A DNA stretch of 39,611 nt from a bacterium (GCA_030616605.1 JAUWWY010000002.1:184867-224477), one strand, 5' to 3'. Positions 26,204-36,134 are shown, counted from the stretch's first letter. Numbers and translations are program-made. The notes: generated by a model from the sequence alone, not told the origin.

Positions 26204-27208
26204 ATGACTGATTACAAAAAAATTTGTTTAAAAGTTTTAGAAGAACTGCCTCAACGGCAAAAAACTGTTATTATCAGGAGATTTGGTTTGGAAAATAAAG
26301 AGAGAGAAACCTTGGAAAAGATTGGTCAAAACCTTGGAGTAACCAGAGAAAGAATTCGGCAAATTGAAGCTGACGGTTTTAGAGAAGTTGAAAAGAAAAA
26401 AGAAGAAAAGGATTTAAAAAAGACCTTTTTTGAGCTTAAACAATATCTTCAAGGAAAGGGTGGTTTGAAAAGAGAGAATATTATGCTGGCCGACCTGGGA
26501 AAGAATGATTTCCCAAATTATATCTTTCTTTTACTTACTCTAGGAGATGATTTTCACCGCTTTCCAGAGGATAAAGATTTTTATTCTTTTTGGACTATTG
26601 ATAAAAATCTTTTTCAAAAAGTAAAGAATATTTCAGAGAGTCTTGTTAAAAAGTTTGAAAGAGAAAAAAAGCCCCTTTCAGAAAATAATTTCTTCAAATT
26701 AGGTAAAAATGAATCTCCTCAGATTTTTCTTTCTTCAGTTGAAATTTTGAAAAGAATTGAAAAAGGACTTCTTGGTCGTTTTGGTTTAGTTGATTGGCCG
26801 GAGATTAAGCCGCATGGAGTGAAAGATAAAGCTTATTTAACTTTAAGAAAAACTAATAAACCTTTACATTTTAAAGATATAGCTTATCTTTCAAGCGAAC
26901 TTGAAGGAGAATACTGCCAAAGAAAAACTGTTTTTCCCCAGACCGTTCATAATGAGTTGATTAGAGACGAAAGATTTGTTTTAGTCGGCAGGGGAATTTA
27001 TGCCTTGAAAGAATGGGGCTATAATTCTGGAACAGTCAAAGATATTATTGTTGATATTTTAAAGAAATCAAAAAAAACCTTAACCAAGAAACAAATATTT
27101 AATCAGGTTTTGAATCAGCGAATGGTAAAAGAGAATACAATTTTACTGAATCTTCAAAATAAAGACTTCTTTTCAAAAGATTCTCAAGGAAGATATATTT
27201 TAAAGTAG
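26204..27208 (+). CDS. Sigma70 region-4 HTH fused to C-terminal winged-helix (HARE-HTH / RNAP delta-like) domains
   Basis: RRFGL...ETLEKIG..LGVTRERIRQIE; KPLHF..IA, TVHNELI.D.RFVLVGRGIYAL.EWGY; no sigma region 2 seen. Confidence 0.75.
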   Translation: MTDYKKICLKVLEELPQRQKTVIIRRFGLENKERETLEKIGQNLGVTRERIRQIEADGFREVEKKKEEKDLKKTFFELKQYLQGKGGLKRENIMLADLGKNDFPNYIFLLLTLGDDFHRFPEDKDFYSFWTIDKNLFQKVKNISESLVKKFEREKKPLSENNFFKLGKNESPQIFLSSVEILKRIEKGLLGRFGLVDWPEIKPHGVKDKAYLTLRKTNKPLHFKDIAYLSSELEGEYCQRKTVFPQTVHNELIRDERFVLVGRGIYALKEWGYNSGTVKDIIVDILKKSKKTLTKKQIFNQVLNQRMVKENTILLNLQNKDFFSKDSQGRYILK

Positions 27209-27216
27209 AATCTAAA

Positions 27217-27438
27217 ATGCTATTTCTTGGAACAGCAATTACAATTTTATTGATAGCAGCTTTTGTCTTTTTTTTGATTTTCTCTTACGTTTGTTTACAT
27301 TGGACTAACAGAAATATAAAAGAGGCCAAAAATATATTTGGTGGTATAATGGTCTCTTTTTTATATACTTTTAAAATTTTGTTATTGGGTTTTGTGCTAA
27401 TTTTGATAGTTTCTTTGTTTTTGGATAAACCTTTTTAG
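27217..27438 (+). CDS. Small hypothetical membrane protein (2 TM)
   Basis: 73 aa, two hydrophobic stretches, fills the gap between neighbours. Confidence 0.6.
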   Translation: MLFLGTAITILLIAAFVFFLIFSYVCLHWTNRNIKEAKNIFGGIMVSFLYTFKILLLGFVLILIVSLFLDKPF

Positions 27439-27441
27439 AAT

Positions 27442-28737
27442 ATGTCAGAAGTAATTTCAATAATAATTTTGGTTTTAAAGGGTTGGTGGTGGTTATTTCT
27501 TCCGGCTATTTTGTATTTGCCCGTCAGTTTTCTTTATCTCTGGTGGGTAAAATGGGAGGTTTGGTATAAAAGAATAGATTGGATGATGCTTGAAATTGTT
27601 CCGCCGGGAGAAATTGAAAAACCTTTTCGGGCAATGGAAGATGTTTTTTCTGCTTTGTGGCCAATATATGATTTTGCCAATTGGCGAGAGAGATGGTGTG
27701 AAGGAGAATTTCCTTTGGGTCCTTATTGGTTTTCTTTTGAAATAGCAAGTTTTGAAGGTGATCTTCATTTTTATCTGAGAATAGAAAGAGGCCGGCGTAC
27801 TTTTGCTGAAAGTATAATTTATACTCATTATCCAGAAGCAGAAATTTTTGAAGTTGAAGACTACACTCAAACCATTCCTCAAGACCTTCCAAATAAAGTT
27901 TACGATGTTTATGGCGAAGATTTTAAATTTATAAGAGATCATTCTTATCCAATAAAAACTTATAAATTTTTTGAGGCTCGAATACCGGAAGCAGTAGAAG
28001 CAGAGAAAAGGATTGACCCTCTTTATTCTTTAATGGAGGCAATGACAAACCTTAGAAAAGGAGAGATAACTTGGTTTCAAATTGTACCTGTTCCTATTAC
28101 TAATGAAGATATTCCTTGGGCTTCTAAAGGAAAACAAATAGCTAACAAAATTGCCAGACGTCCCCAAAAACCAAAGTCAAGGTCAATTCTTCAAGAAATC
28201 TCAGATGTAATAATAGGCGGACAACCGGCTGAAGCTGAGAGAGAAAAGGGGCTGCCTCCTGGAGTTTCTGAGGAAACTGAAAGAGAAATGTTAATTACTC
28301 CTGGAGAGAGAGCTATTCTTACTGGAATTGAGGAAAAAATTTCAAAATATGGCTTTGCTACTTTTATCAGATTTCTTTATATTTTTCCCAGAGGTGCTTA
28401 TTATGTTCCTCATGGTAAGATTGGCAGAAGTTATTTCGCTCATTTTTTTACTCAAGACATGAATACAATTGTCTTTTCAGGAAGAACTAGGAGCAAGGTT
28501 CACTATCTTCTTAGAAAAAGAAGGGTTTATGCCAGAAAAAAAAGTCTTTTTGAAAAATATGTTAAAAGATTTCCCCCTTCTTTTCCAAAGATGGTAGGTC
28601 CAGAGACTTTAATTTTAAACATTGAGGAATTAGCTACTCTTTTTCATCTCCCAACTAAAGCGTCTATTTTACCGCCGGGGATTCCTCGAGTTCCTGTCAA
28701 AAAAGGAGCACCGCCCCCCGGCATTCCTACAGAGTAA
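27442..28737 (+). CDS. Hypothetical membrane-anchored protein next to the coupling-protein-like ATPase
   Basis: N-terminal TM segment, FSFEIAS, YPEAEI..VEDY, YPIKTY, LN.EELATLFHLP. Confidence 0.75.
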   Translation: MSEVISIIILVLKGWWWLFLPAILYLPVSFLYLWWVKWEVWYKRIDWMMLEIVPPGEIEKPFRAMEDVFSALWPIYDFANWRERWCEGEFPLGPYWFSFEIASFEGDLHFYLRIERGRRTFAESIIYTHYPEAEIFEVEDYTQTIPQDLPNKVYDVYGEDFKFIRDHSYPIKTYKFFEARIPEAVEAEKRIDPLYSLMEAMTNLRKGEITWFQIVPVPITNEDIPWASKGKQIANKIARRPQKPKSRSILQEISDVIIGGQPAEAEREKGLPPGVSEETEREMLITPGERAILTGIEEKISKYGFATFIRFLYIFPRGAYYVPHGKIGRSYFAHFFTQDMNTIVFSGRTRSKVHYLLRKRRVYARKKSLFEKYVKRFPPSFPKMVGPETLILNIEELATLFHLPTKASILPPGIPRVPVKKGAPPPGIPTE

Positions 28738-28743
28738 AAATTT

Positions 28744-30411
28744 ATGTCAGAAACAAACTTTTTTGCTGAAGCCATTTTTCGGACAAAGAGAAAAAAATTC
28801 GGAATTAAACTCGACGATAGACGTCGGCATGTTTATATTATTGGAAAAACTGGAATGGGTAAGACCGAACTTTTAAAAAATATGGCTATTCAGGATATTA
28901 GAGAAGGTAAAGGAGTTGGCTTTATTGACCCTCATGGAGAAGCGGCTGAGGAACTTTTAGATTTTATTCCCGAGAATCGAATTGATGATGTAGTTTATTT
29001 TAATCCAGCCGATTTTGATTATCCCATTGCTTTCAATGTCATGGAAAAAGTTGATGTTGAACACAGACATTTGGTAGCTTCGGGTTTAATGGGGGTTTTT
29101 AAAAAAATTTGGCCCGATGTCTGGTCAGCCCGAATGGAATATATTTTACACAATTCGATTTTAGCTCTTCTTGAATATCCCGATTCCACTCTTTTGGGGA
29201 TAAACCGGATATTAGCTGATTCTGAATATCGGAAGAAAGTCATTGAGAAGATAAGAGACCCGGTAGTTAAGTCATTTTGGATTAATGAATTTGCCAGATA
29301 TACTCAGCGTTATGAAGTTGAAGCAACTGCCGCCATTCAAAATAAAATCGGCCAATTTATTTCTGCTCCTTTAATTAGAAATATTGTTGGTCAAACTACT
29401 TCTTCAGTTGATATGAGAAAGGTGATGGACGAGGGTAAAATTTTGATTTTAAACTTATCAAAAGGCAGGATAGGAGAGGATACCTCAAAACTTTTGGGAG
29501 GACTTTTAGTAACCAAACTACAATTGGCGGCAATGTCCAGAGTGGATATACCAGAGAGTCAAAGAAGGGATTTCTTTTTGTATGTTGATGAATTTCAAAA
29601 TTTTGCCACCGAATCTTTTGTTAATATTTTATCTGAAGCCAGAAAATATAGATTAAGTTTAATCTTGGCTCATCAATATATTGCTCAAATGGAAGAGACA
29701 GTCGGAGATGCTGTTTTCGGCAATATTGGGACATTAGTTTCTTTTAGAATAGGAGCCGAAGATGCCGAATATTTAGAAAAGGAATTTTCCCCGGAATTTT
29801 ACGCCAGAGACTTTGTTAATCTGCCAAAATATCAGATATATTTAAAATTAATGGTTGATGGAGTTGCCGGCCGGCCCTTTTCAGCCCAAACCCTGGTACC
29901 TTTTGAAAAAATAGAGAAGAGTCAGGCAAAAAAAATTATTACCAGTTGCAGAGAAAAATATACTACTGGTCGCCAAACCGTAGAAGAAAAAATTGCTCGC
30001 TGGACTGGAGACTATGTTTTAGAAAAAAAACCATCAGCCTCTGAATTAGAACTCTATGATGCTAAATGCCAGAAATGCGACAAATGGACAAAAGTCCCTT
30101 TCAAGCCCGACCCCAAGCGACCCGTTTATTGTAAATCCTGTTTGAAAGAAATGAGAGAAAAAGAATCAGAGGGAAATAAAGAAAATAAGGAAGATATCAA
30201 AACTTTAACCCTTGAAGAACTGCTCTTAAAAAAACCAGTTTCTTTTTCTGGCCGAAAAGAAAGAAAGAAAGAAAAAAAAGAAATTGATAAAGAAAGCTTA
30301 AAAGAAACACTTAAAAAAGCCCTGGGAAATTCCCAGAAAGAATCAAAGGAAGAAAAAAAAAGAGAAAATAAAAGAGGTAAAATAGAACCAGGAGAGACAG
30401 TGAAATTCTAA
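28744..30411 (+). CDS. VirD4/TraG/HerA-like P-loop ATPase with a C-terminal CxxC-x17-CxxC zinc domain
   Basis: HVYIIGKTGMGKT, IDPHG, LYVDEFQNF, SEARKY, AHQY; CQKC..17..CKSC. Confidence 0.85.
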   Translation: MSETNFFAEAIFRTKRKKFGIKLDDRRRHVYIIGKTGMGKTELLKNMAIQDIREGKGVGFIDPHGEAAEELLDFIPENRIDDVVYFNPADFDYPIAFNVMEKVDVEHRHLVASGLMGVFKKIWPDVWSARMEYILHNSILALLEYPDSTLLGINRILADSEYRKKVIEKIRDPVVKSFWINEFARYTQRYEVEATAAIQNKIGQFISAPLIRNIVGQTTSSVDMRKVMDEGKILILNLSKGRIGEDTSKLLGGLLVTKLQLAAMSRVDIPESQRRDFFLYVDEFQNFATESFVNILSEARKYRLSLILAHQYIAQMEETVGDAVFGNIGTLVSFRIGAEDAEYLEKEFSPEFYARDFVNLPKYQIYLKLMVDGVAGRPFSAQTLVPFEKIEKSQAKKIITSCREKYTTGRQTVEEKIARWTGDYVLEKKPSASELELYDAKCQKCDKWTKVPFKPDPKRPVYCKSCLKEMREKESEGNKENKEDIKTLTLEELLLKKPVSFSGRKERKKEKKEIDKESLKETLKKALGNSQKESKEEKKRENKRGKIEPGETVKF

Positions 30412-30434
30412 AGGCTTTGGTCTGAAAATCCGAG

Positions 30435-30452
30435 TCCTGAACTTGTCGAAGG
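30435..30452 (+). repeat. Short GA-loop hairpin (CTGARCTTGTYGAAG type) abutting the large element
   Basis: tcctgaacttgtcgaagg resembles actgagcttgttgaagt at 36141-36157. Confidence 0.55.
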
Positions 30453-30596
30453 GCGAAGGCAGATCTCTTGCCATAGGCCTCTCGGAGGCCGAGCGGGCAT
30501 GGTGTCGCCGAAGGCGACGAGCGAGGCCGAGAGGGAGCGGCAATTTTCTCGCTGGGGAAATTGACCGCGTCCGATGGCGGGAGAGACTGCCGAGCA
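30453..30596 (+). repeat. GC-rich structured dispersed element, copy 2 (144 bp), upstream of pgk
   Basis: 94 of 144 bases are G/C (hand count); aligns with the reverse complement of 5683-5845. Confidence 0.92.
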
Positions 30597-30612
30597 CTTA
30601 ACAGTTTTTAAC

Positions 30613-31788
30613 ATGAACTCTCTCAAAAATTCCAATCTCCAAGCTAAGCGGGTTCTTGTTCGCTGTGATTTCAATGTGCCAATAAAGAATGGTAAAGTTT
30701 TAGATGATTTTAAAATCCAAAGAACTCTCGAGACTATTAGCTTTTTAAAAAAAGCAGGAGCAAAAATAATCTTAACCAGTCATTTAGGGTCGCCCTTAAA
30801 GACAGAAAGAAAAAAACAAAGATTAAAAGAATTTAGTTTAAAACCGGTTCAAAAAAAACTTCAGGATTTATTGAAAGAAAAGATTAGATTTTCTAAAAGG
30901 TGTATTAAAAGAAAGGCAAAAAAAGAAATTAAAAGATTGAAAAATGGTCAAATTCTAATTTTGGAAAACCTAAGATTTGAAAAAGGAGAAAAAGAAAATA
31001 ATGAAAAATTTGCTAAAGAATTAGCTAAACTCGGTGATGTTTATATTAATGAAGCATTTAGTACTTGTCACAGAAATCACGCTTCAATTGTCTTTTTGCC
31101 GAAGCTTTTGCCCCATTTTGTTGGATTAAATTTTGAAAAAGAGATTGAGGTTTTATCGCGAATTTCTCAAAATCCAAAACATCCTTTAGTCGTTATAATC
31201 GGAGGAATAAAGATTGCTTCTAAAATTGGAGTAATTAAAAAATTTCTGGAGGTTTGCGATCATCTTCTTTTGGGCGGTAAGATTGTTAATAATATTTTGA
31301 CAGTTAAAGGAATTTCTATTGGAAAACCTTGGCCAGAAGAAAAAGTTGTAGAAATTATTAAAAAAATCAATTTAACTGATCCTAAAGTTCACTTACCGAT
31401 TGATGTTTTGGTTTCTCCTGATATAAGTGGTGAAGTTTATGTCCGAAACACTGGTCCGGGCAGTGTTAGAAAAGATGAAGGAATTTTTGATATTGGCATT
31501 GAAACTATAAATACATTTTCAGAAATTATTAAACAAGCTCAGACAATATTTTGGTCTGGACCTTTAGGGGTTTTTGAGAATGAAAAATTTGAAAAAGGGA
31601 CTCAAGAAATAGCTAAAATTATTGGAGAGTCTAAGGATGCATTTACTGTAGCTGGAGGAGGGGATACTGTCCGGGCTTTAAAAAAGTTTAATCTTTTAGA
31701 TAATTTTTCCTTTGTTTCAACAGGTGGAAGTGCAATGTTGGCATTCTTAACTGGGGAGAAATTGCCTGGTATTGAAGCCCTGAGGTAA
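30613..31788 (+). CDS. pgk: Phosphoglycerate kinase; alternative in-frame ATG at 30574 inside the repeat element
   Basis: VLVRCDFNVP, SHLG, LENLRF, HR.HAS, GPLGVFE, GGGDT, VSTGGSA.L..L.G..LPG. Confidence 0.96.
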   Translation: MNSLKNSNLQAKRVLVRCDFNVPIKNGKVLDDFKIQRTLETISFLKKAGAKIILTSHLGSPLKTERKKQRLKEFSLKPVQKKLQDLLKEKIRFSKRCIKRKAKKEIKRLKNGQILILENLRFEKGEKENNEKFAKELAKLGDVYINEAFSTCHRNHASIVFLPKLLPHFVGLNFEKEIEVLSRISQNPKHPLVVIIGGIKIASKIGVIKKFLEVCDHLLLGGKIVNNILTVKGISIGKPWPEEKVVEIIKKINLTDPKVHLPIDVLVSPDISGEVYVRNTGPGSVRKDEGIFDIGIETINTFSEIIKQAQTIFWSGPLGVFENEKFEKGTQEIAKIIGESKDAFTVAGGGDTVRALKKFNLLDNFSFVSTGGSAMLAFLTGEKLPGIEALR

Positions 31789-31791
31789 AAA

Positions 31792-32940
31792 ATGGAGATT
31801 AAGAATTTAAAAAAAGCGGCAGATAGAATCAAAAAAGCAATCAAAGAAAAAGAAAAAATCGTTCTTTTTAGTGATGCTGATTTAGATGGGACAACTTCTT
31901 TGATTATTTTGGAAGAGACAATAAAAAATTTGGGCGGAGGAATTTCGGCCCTTTATTTTCCTGATAGAGGAAAGGAAGGAAGTGGTTTAAATGAGGAGGC
32001 TTTAAAATTTTTAAAAAAATATTCTCCAGCTTTAATAATTTTATTGGATTCTGGAATAGGGAATTTTAAAGAAATTGAAAAAGCAAAAGAATTGGGTTTT
32101 AAGGTAATAATAATTGACCACCACGAAATATTAGGGAAACTTCCTGTTGCCGAAATCGTTGTTGATCCGAAACAAAAAGGAGAAAAATATCCTTTTAAAT
32201 CATTGGCTGCTTGTGGTTTAAGTTTTAAACTTGCTGAACTTCTTTTAGAAGGCAGGATTTCAAAAAATATTAAAGAGAGCTTTTTGGAATTAGTGGCTCT
32301 GGGTACTATAGCCGACAAAATGCCTCAAATTGAAGATAATAAAGTTTTTATTGAAGCGGGATTAGACCATTTATCTTTTACTTTTCGGCCAGGTCTTAAA
32401 GTATTTTTTAAATTTTTTGAAAAAGAAACATATTCCTTTTCAGAGATTGTTCAGAAAATTATTTCAACTTTACAGATTACCGATAACAAAAATCATTTAA
32501 CAGAGGGCTATTTACTCTTAAGTGAATCAGACGAAAAAAAAGCTGAAAAACTTCTTGAATCTCTTTTAAAAAAATCTTCCCAAAGACAAAAAGCTATAAA
32601 AGAACTGATTAGTCAGATAGAAGAAAAAATTGTCTTAAGTGATTCTCCAATTATTTTTAAAGGGGGAGAGGATATTCCTTCTAATTTAACAGGTGCTTTA
32701 GCTGGAAGAATTTATTCAAAATTTAAAAAACCAACCTTCATTTTTACAATTAAAAAAAATTTAATTAGAGGTTCAGTAAGAAATCCTCAGGAGGTAAATA
32801 GTGTTGAAGCTTTAAGTCATTGTTCCTCTTTACTTGAGACTTACGGCGGTCATGCCCAGGCTTCCGGCTTCACTGTTAAAAAAAAGAACTTAGAAAAATT
32901 TGAAACCTGTCTTGAGGAATACTTCAAGTCTCATGAATAA
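31792..32940 (+). CDS. recJ: DHH/DHHA1 phosphoesterase, RecJ-like, short form
   Basis: D.D.DG, LDSG, IIDHH, LVALGTIAD, RGSVR, YGGHAQASG. Confidence 0.8.
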   Translation: MEIKNLKKAADRIKKAIKEKEKIVLFSDADLDGTTSLIILEETIKNLGGGISALYFPDRGKEGSGLNEEALKFLKKYSPALIILLDSGIGNFKEIEKAKELGFKVIIIDHHEILGKLPVAEIVVDPKQKGEKYPFKSLAACGLSFKLAELLLEGRISKNIKESFLELVALGTIADKMPQIEDNKVFIEAGLDHLSFTFRPGLKVFFKFFEKETYSFSEIVQKIISTLQITDNKNHLTEGYLLLSESDEKKAEKLLESLLKKSSQRQKAIKELISQIEEKIVLSDSPIIFKGGEDIPSNLTGALAGRIYSKFKKPTFIFTIKKNLIRGSVRNPQEVNSVEALSHCSSLLETYGGHAQASGFTVKKKNLEKFETCLEEYFKSHE

Positions 32941-33373
32941 ATTAATTATTTACATTGACGGTGGAGCAAGAGGTAACCCGGGACCAGCTGCTCTCGGAAT
33001 TTTATTTTTAACAGAAAAAAGAGAAGTTTTTAAAGAATATTCCCAATATCTTGGTAAGAAGACAAACAATGAGGCAGAATATCTTGCTTTAATTTTTGCT
33101 TTAAAAAAAAGCAAAGCTCTTTTTGGTCGAGAAAAAATAAAAAACCTTTTGATAGAATTAAAATCTGATTCTGAGCTTTTAGTAAAACAAATGAAAGGGG
33201 AATATAAAATAAAAGAGCCAAAAATTCAATCACTTTTTTTACAAGCTTGGAATTTAAAAGTTGATTTCAGAAAGTTAAAATTTTTATTAATTCCCCGGGA
33301 AAAAAACAAAGAAGCTGATAAATTAGTTAATGAAGCTTTAGATAGTGAAACTAGCAAAAAAACCTTGTTTTAG
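32933..33373 (+). CDS. rnhA: Ribonuclease HI family protein
   Basis: IDGGARGNPGPA, TNNEAEY.AL, SDSELLVKQ, IPREKN..AD.LVN. Confidence 0.92.
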   Translation: MNKLIIYIDGGARGNPGPAALGILFLTEKREVFKEYSQYLGKKTNNEAEYLALIFALKKSKALFGREKIKNLLIELKSDSELLVKQMKGEYKIKEPKIQSLFLQAWNLKVDFRKLKFLLIPREKNKEADKLVNEALDSETSKKTLF

Positions 33374-33384
33374 TTTGAGTCCTA

Positions 33385-33413
33385 TTTACTTTTAATAATC
33401 TTTTTGATATAAT
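33385..33413 (+). promoter_or_regulatory. rnpB promoter
   Basis: TTTACT, 17 nt, TGa-TATAAT immediately before helix P1. Confidence 0.7.
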
Positions 33414-33417
33414 TAAA

Positions 33418-33778
33418 AAGTTCAAGTAGGCAAGGCAACCGCCCTTTACCTTTAGTTAAAGGTGAAGGGAGGAAAGTCCGAACACTCATTCCATTTGGTC
33501 TAAAAAAGTAGCGGGTAACACCCGTCGCTAGTAATGGTAGAGGTGCGAACAGAGACGTGCGAGGCCGAAAGGCCGAGCACCCCGTCGAATGACGGGGCAG
33601 TCCTCGAGTAATCGAGGGGTGAAACGGCTAAATCCTTACTGGGTGCAAGAAGAAACTCTTTGGACATTCTCCGGATTTGCCCAAAGAGAAAAAGTGCTTC
33701 GCTAGAGCCAAGGAGTAATCTTTGGCCCAGATAAATGGTTGTCCTCGACAGAATTCGGCTTATTGCCTGCTTGAACTT
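33418..33778 (+). ncRNA. rnpB: RNase P RNA
   Basis: GAGGAAAGTCCG and ACAGAATTCGGCTTA (P4), GTGCGAACAGA, GGTGAAAC, GGGTGCAAG; terminal helix aagttcaagtaggcaa/ttgcctgcttgaactt. Confidence 0.96.
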
Positions 33779-33835
33779 TTTTTATTCCTCACTTTTAATC
33801 TTGTATAAAGTGGGGGATTTATTTAGAATAAGAGA

Positions 33836-35494
33836 ATGATTAGTAAGCTCTTAAACTCAAAGACAAAAACAGTTACTTTTAGCGCTTTTTTATTGGGTGT
33901 TTCTATTCTTTTTAGCCGTCTTCTGGGTCTGATTAGAGATAATCTTTTAGCCAATCTTTTTCCCAAAAGCCAAACCGATATTTATTTTGCTGCTTTCCGG
34001 ATACCTGATTTTCTTTACGGTATTTTAATAACCGGAGGAATAGTTGCTGTTTTTCTGCCTATTTTTGCTGAGAATTTCAAAAAAAGTCGTTTCCAGGCTC
34101 AATCTTTAACCAACACTGTCCTAACTTTTTTTCTAATCAACTTAATTCTCATTTCAACTATTTTAATAATTTTTACTCCCCAGCTTATTGAAATTATTAC
34201 TCCCGGCTTTAGTCAAGCCCAGAAAGCTCTCACTATTACCTTAGCTCGAATAATGTTTTTAAGCTCGATTCTTTTGGGGATTTCAGCGATATTCTCCAGT
34301 ATTTTACAATATTTTAATTTGTTTTTTGCTTATGCCTTAGCTCCTATTTTCTATAATCTCGGCATCATCCTCGGTATTTTATTTTTTGTTCCCTCTTTTG
34401 GCTTGAAAGGTTTGGCTTTTGGTGTAATTTTAGGAGCTTTTCTCCATTTAGTTATTCAATTTCCTCCACTTTTAAAGCATGGATTTTCTTTTCGGTTTTC
34501 TTTTAATTTTAAATCTCCAGGACTAAAGAAAATTCTTAAACTGATGGCTCCCCGAACATTAGGCTCTGCTGCTTATCATATTAATTTAATTGTTATTACT
34601 GCTATTGCTTCCACTCTTTCTCCGGGTTCAATCAGTGTTTTCAATTTTGCTAACAATCTTCAACATGTTCCAATTGGCTTAATTGGAACTTCTTTTGCTA
34701 TAGCCAGTTTTCCTTTTCTTTCCCGAAACTTCATTGAAAATAAAAAAGAAAAATTTTTAAAAAATTTTTCTCAAACCTTCAACCAAATCCTTTTTTTAAT
34801 AATTCCATTAAGTTGTTTGATGTTTCTTTTAAGAGCCCAGATAGTAAGATTAATTCTGGGAACCTCGATTTCAGGAGAGGGTTATTTCGGCTGGTTTCAA
34901 ACTCGCTTAACCGCTGCCTCTTTGGGAATTTTCGCTTTTTCTTTGTTTGCTGCTGCCTTGCTGCCGTTTTTGGTCCGGGTTTTCTACTCTTTTCAGGATA
35001 CAAAAACTCCGGTTAAAATCGCACTTGCCTCAATGGCTTTGAATATTGGTTCATGTTATCTTTTTGTCTGGTTGTTAAGTTTTTCTAATTTTTTCCAAAA
35101 AGCAGCTGTTGGCCTTTTAAAGCTTAGAGATATTGAAAATATCTCGGTTATTGGTTTGCCCTTGGCTCTTTCAATCTCTGTTATTTTTCAATTATTTTTA
35201 CTTATCTTTTTTCTAAAAAGAAAAATAAAAGTCTTGAATTACAAAAAAATTTATTCATCTTTGAAAAAAATTTTAATTGCCAGTTTTTTAATGTCAATTT
35301 TAATTTATTTTACCTTACAGGTATTTCCCTTAATAGGAGGAAACACTAAAACTGTTTTAGGAATTCTTCTTCAGGCACTCCTTGCTCTAATTGTTGGGAT
35401 ATCAGCTTATATTTTCTTTTCTCTAAATTTAAAATTAAAAGAACCAAAGCTTATTTTCTCTTCAATTTCCGCTCAATTCAAAAGAAAACATTGA
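33836..35494 (+). CDS. murJ: Lipid II flippase MurJ/MviN
   Basis: SRLLGLIRD, AAFRIPD, F.FA..L..VP.G..G, FYSFQDTKTP; about 14 TM segments. Confidence 0.94.
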   Translation: MISKLLNSKTKTVTFSAFLLGVSILFSRLLGLIRDNLLANLFPKSQTDIYFAAFRIPDFLYGILITGGIVAVFLPIFAENFKKSRFQAQSLTNTVLTFFLINLILISTILIIFTPQLIEIITPGFSQAQKALTITLARIMFLSSILLGISAIFSSILQYFNLFFAYALAPIFYNLGIILGILFFVPSFGLKGLAFGVILGAFLHLVIQFPPLLKHGFSFRFSFNFKSPGLKKILKLMAPRTLGSAAYHINLIVITAIASTLSPGSISVFNFANNLQHVPIGLIGTSFAIASFPFLSRNFIENKKEKFLKNFSQTFNQILFLIIPLSCLMFLLRAQIVRLILGTSISGEGYFGWFQTRLTAASLGIFAFSLFAAALLPFLVRVFYSFQDTKTPVKIALASMALNIGSCYLFVWLLSFSNFFQKAAVGLLKLRDIENISVIGLPLALSISVIFQLFLLIFFLKRKIKVLNYKKIYSSLKKILIASFLMSILIYFTLQVFPLIGGNTKTVLGILLQALLALIVGISAYIFFSLNLKLKEPKLIFSSISAQFKRKH

Positions 35495-35630
35495 AAAAAG
35501 GCAAAAAATTTTGTATTCTATCAGTAGAAGAGAGGAGTTAAGAGCCAAAGAACCATACTCAGAACTATTAACAAAATTACAATTATCCAGATAATTTTAA
35601 ATATAGTTTTGATTTTCATGTTTTATTTTT

Positions 35631-36032
35631 ATGATAACATCTTTTCGCAGATTTAAAAAGAAGAAAAATCCTTCTGTTTACTTTATAACAATTTTGATTT
35701 TTTTAATCACTGGAATTCTAGTCTTCTCCTCTCTTCTTAACTTTAAAATAGTCAAAAAGATAGCAAAGGTTAGAAGCGAAGTAAGTTCTTTAGAAGAAGA
35801 AATTGAAAACTTAGAATTAAACAAAAAGAAACTTTCAGAAAAAATATCAGAAGCAGAAAGTAGAGTTTATTTAGAAAGAATAGCTAAAGAGGAAAAGAAT
35901 CTTAAATGGCCAGGAGAGAAAGTTGTAGCTTTTATACTGTTAAAAAGCCAGAAGGAACAAGAAGAAAAAGAAAATCAAGTTGAGGAAAAAAATTTCTGGC
36001 AAGAAATTTTAGAGAAAATCGGAATAAAATAA
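35631..36032 (+). CDS. Septum formation initiator (FtsB/DivIC family)
   Basis: One TM segment, coiled coil, YLERIAKE..NLK.PGE. Confidence 0.8.
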   Translation: MITSFRRFKKKKNPSVYFITILIFLITGILVFSSLLNFKIVKKIAKVRSEVSSLEEEIENLELNKKKLSEKISEAESRVYLERIAKEEKNLKWPGEKVVAFILLKSQKEQEEKENQVEEKNFWQEILEKIGIK

Positions 36033-36060
36033 GTTTACACTGAGTCCGTAAGGGTGAAGT
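36032..36060 (+). repeat. tRNA 5' leader repeat, copy 1
   Basis: agtttacactgag-tccgtaaggg-tgaagt directly before tRNA-Gly. Confidence 0.75.
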
Positions 36061-36134
36061 GCGGGGTTAGTTGATCGGTTCAACGTAACCTTCCCAAGGT
36101 TGAGAGGCGGGTTCGACTCCCGTACCCCGCTCCA
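36061..36134 (+). tRNA. tRNA-Gly(CCC)
   Basis: GCGGGGT...taacc-ttCCCaa-ggttg...GGTTCGACTCC...ACCCCGC-T-CCA. Confidence 0.95.
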
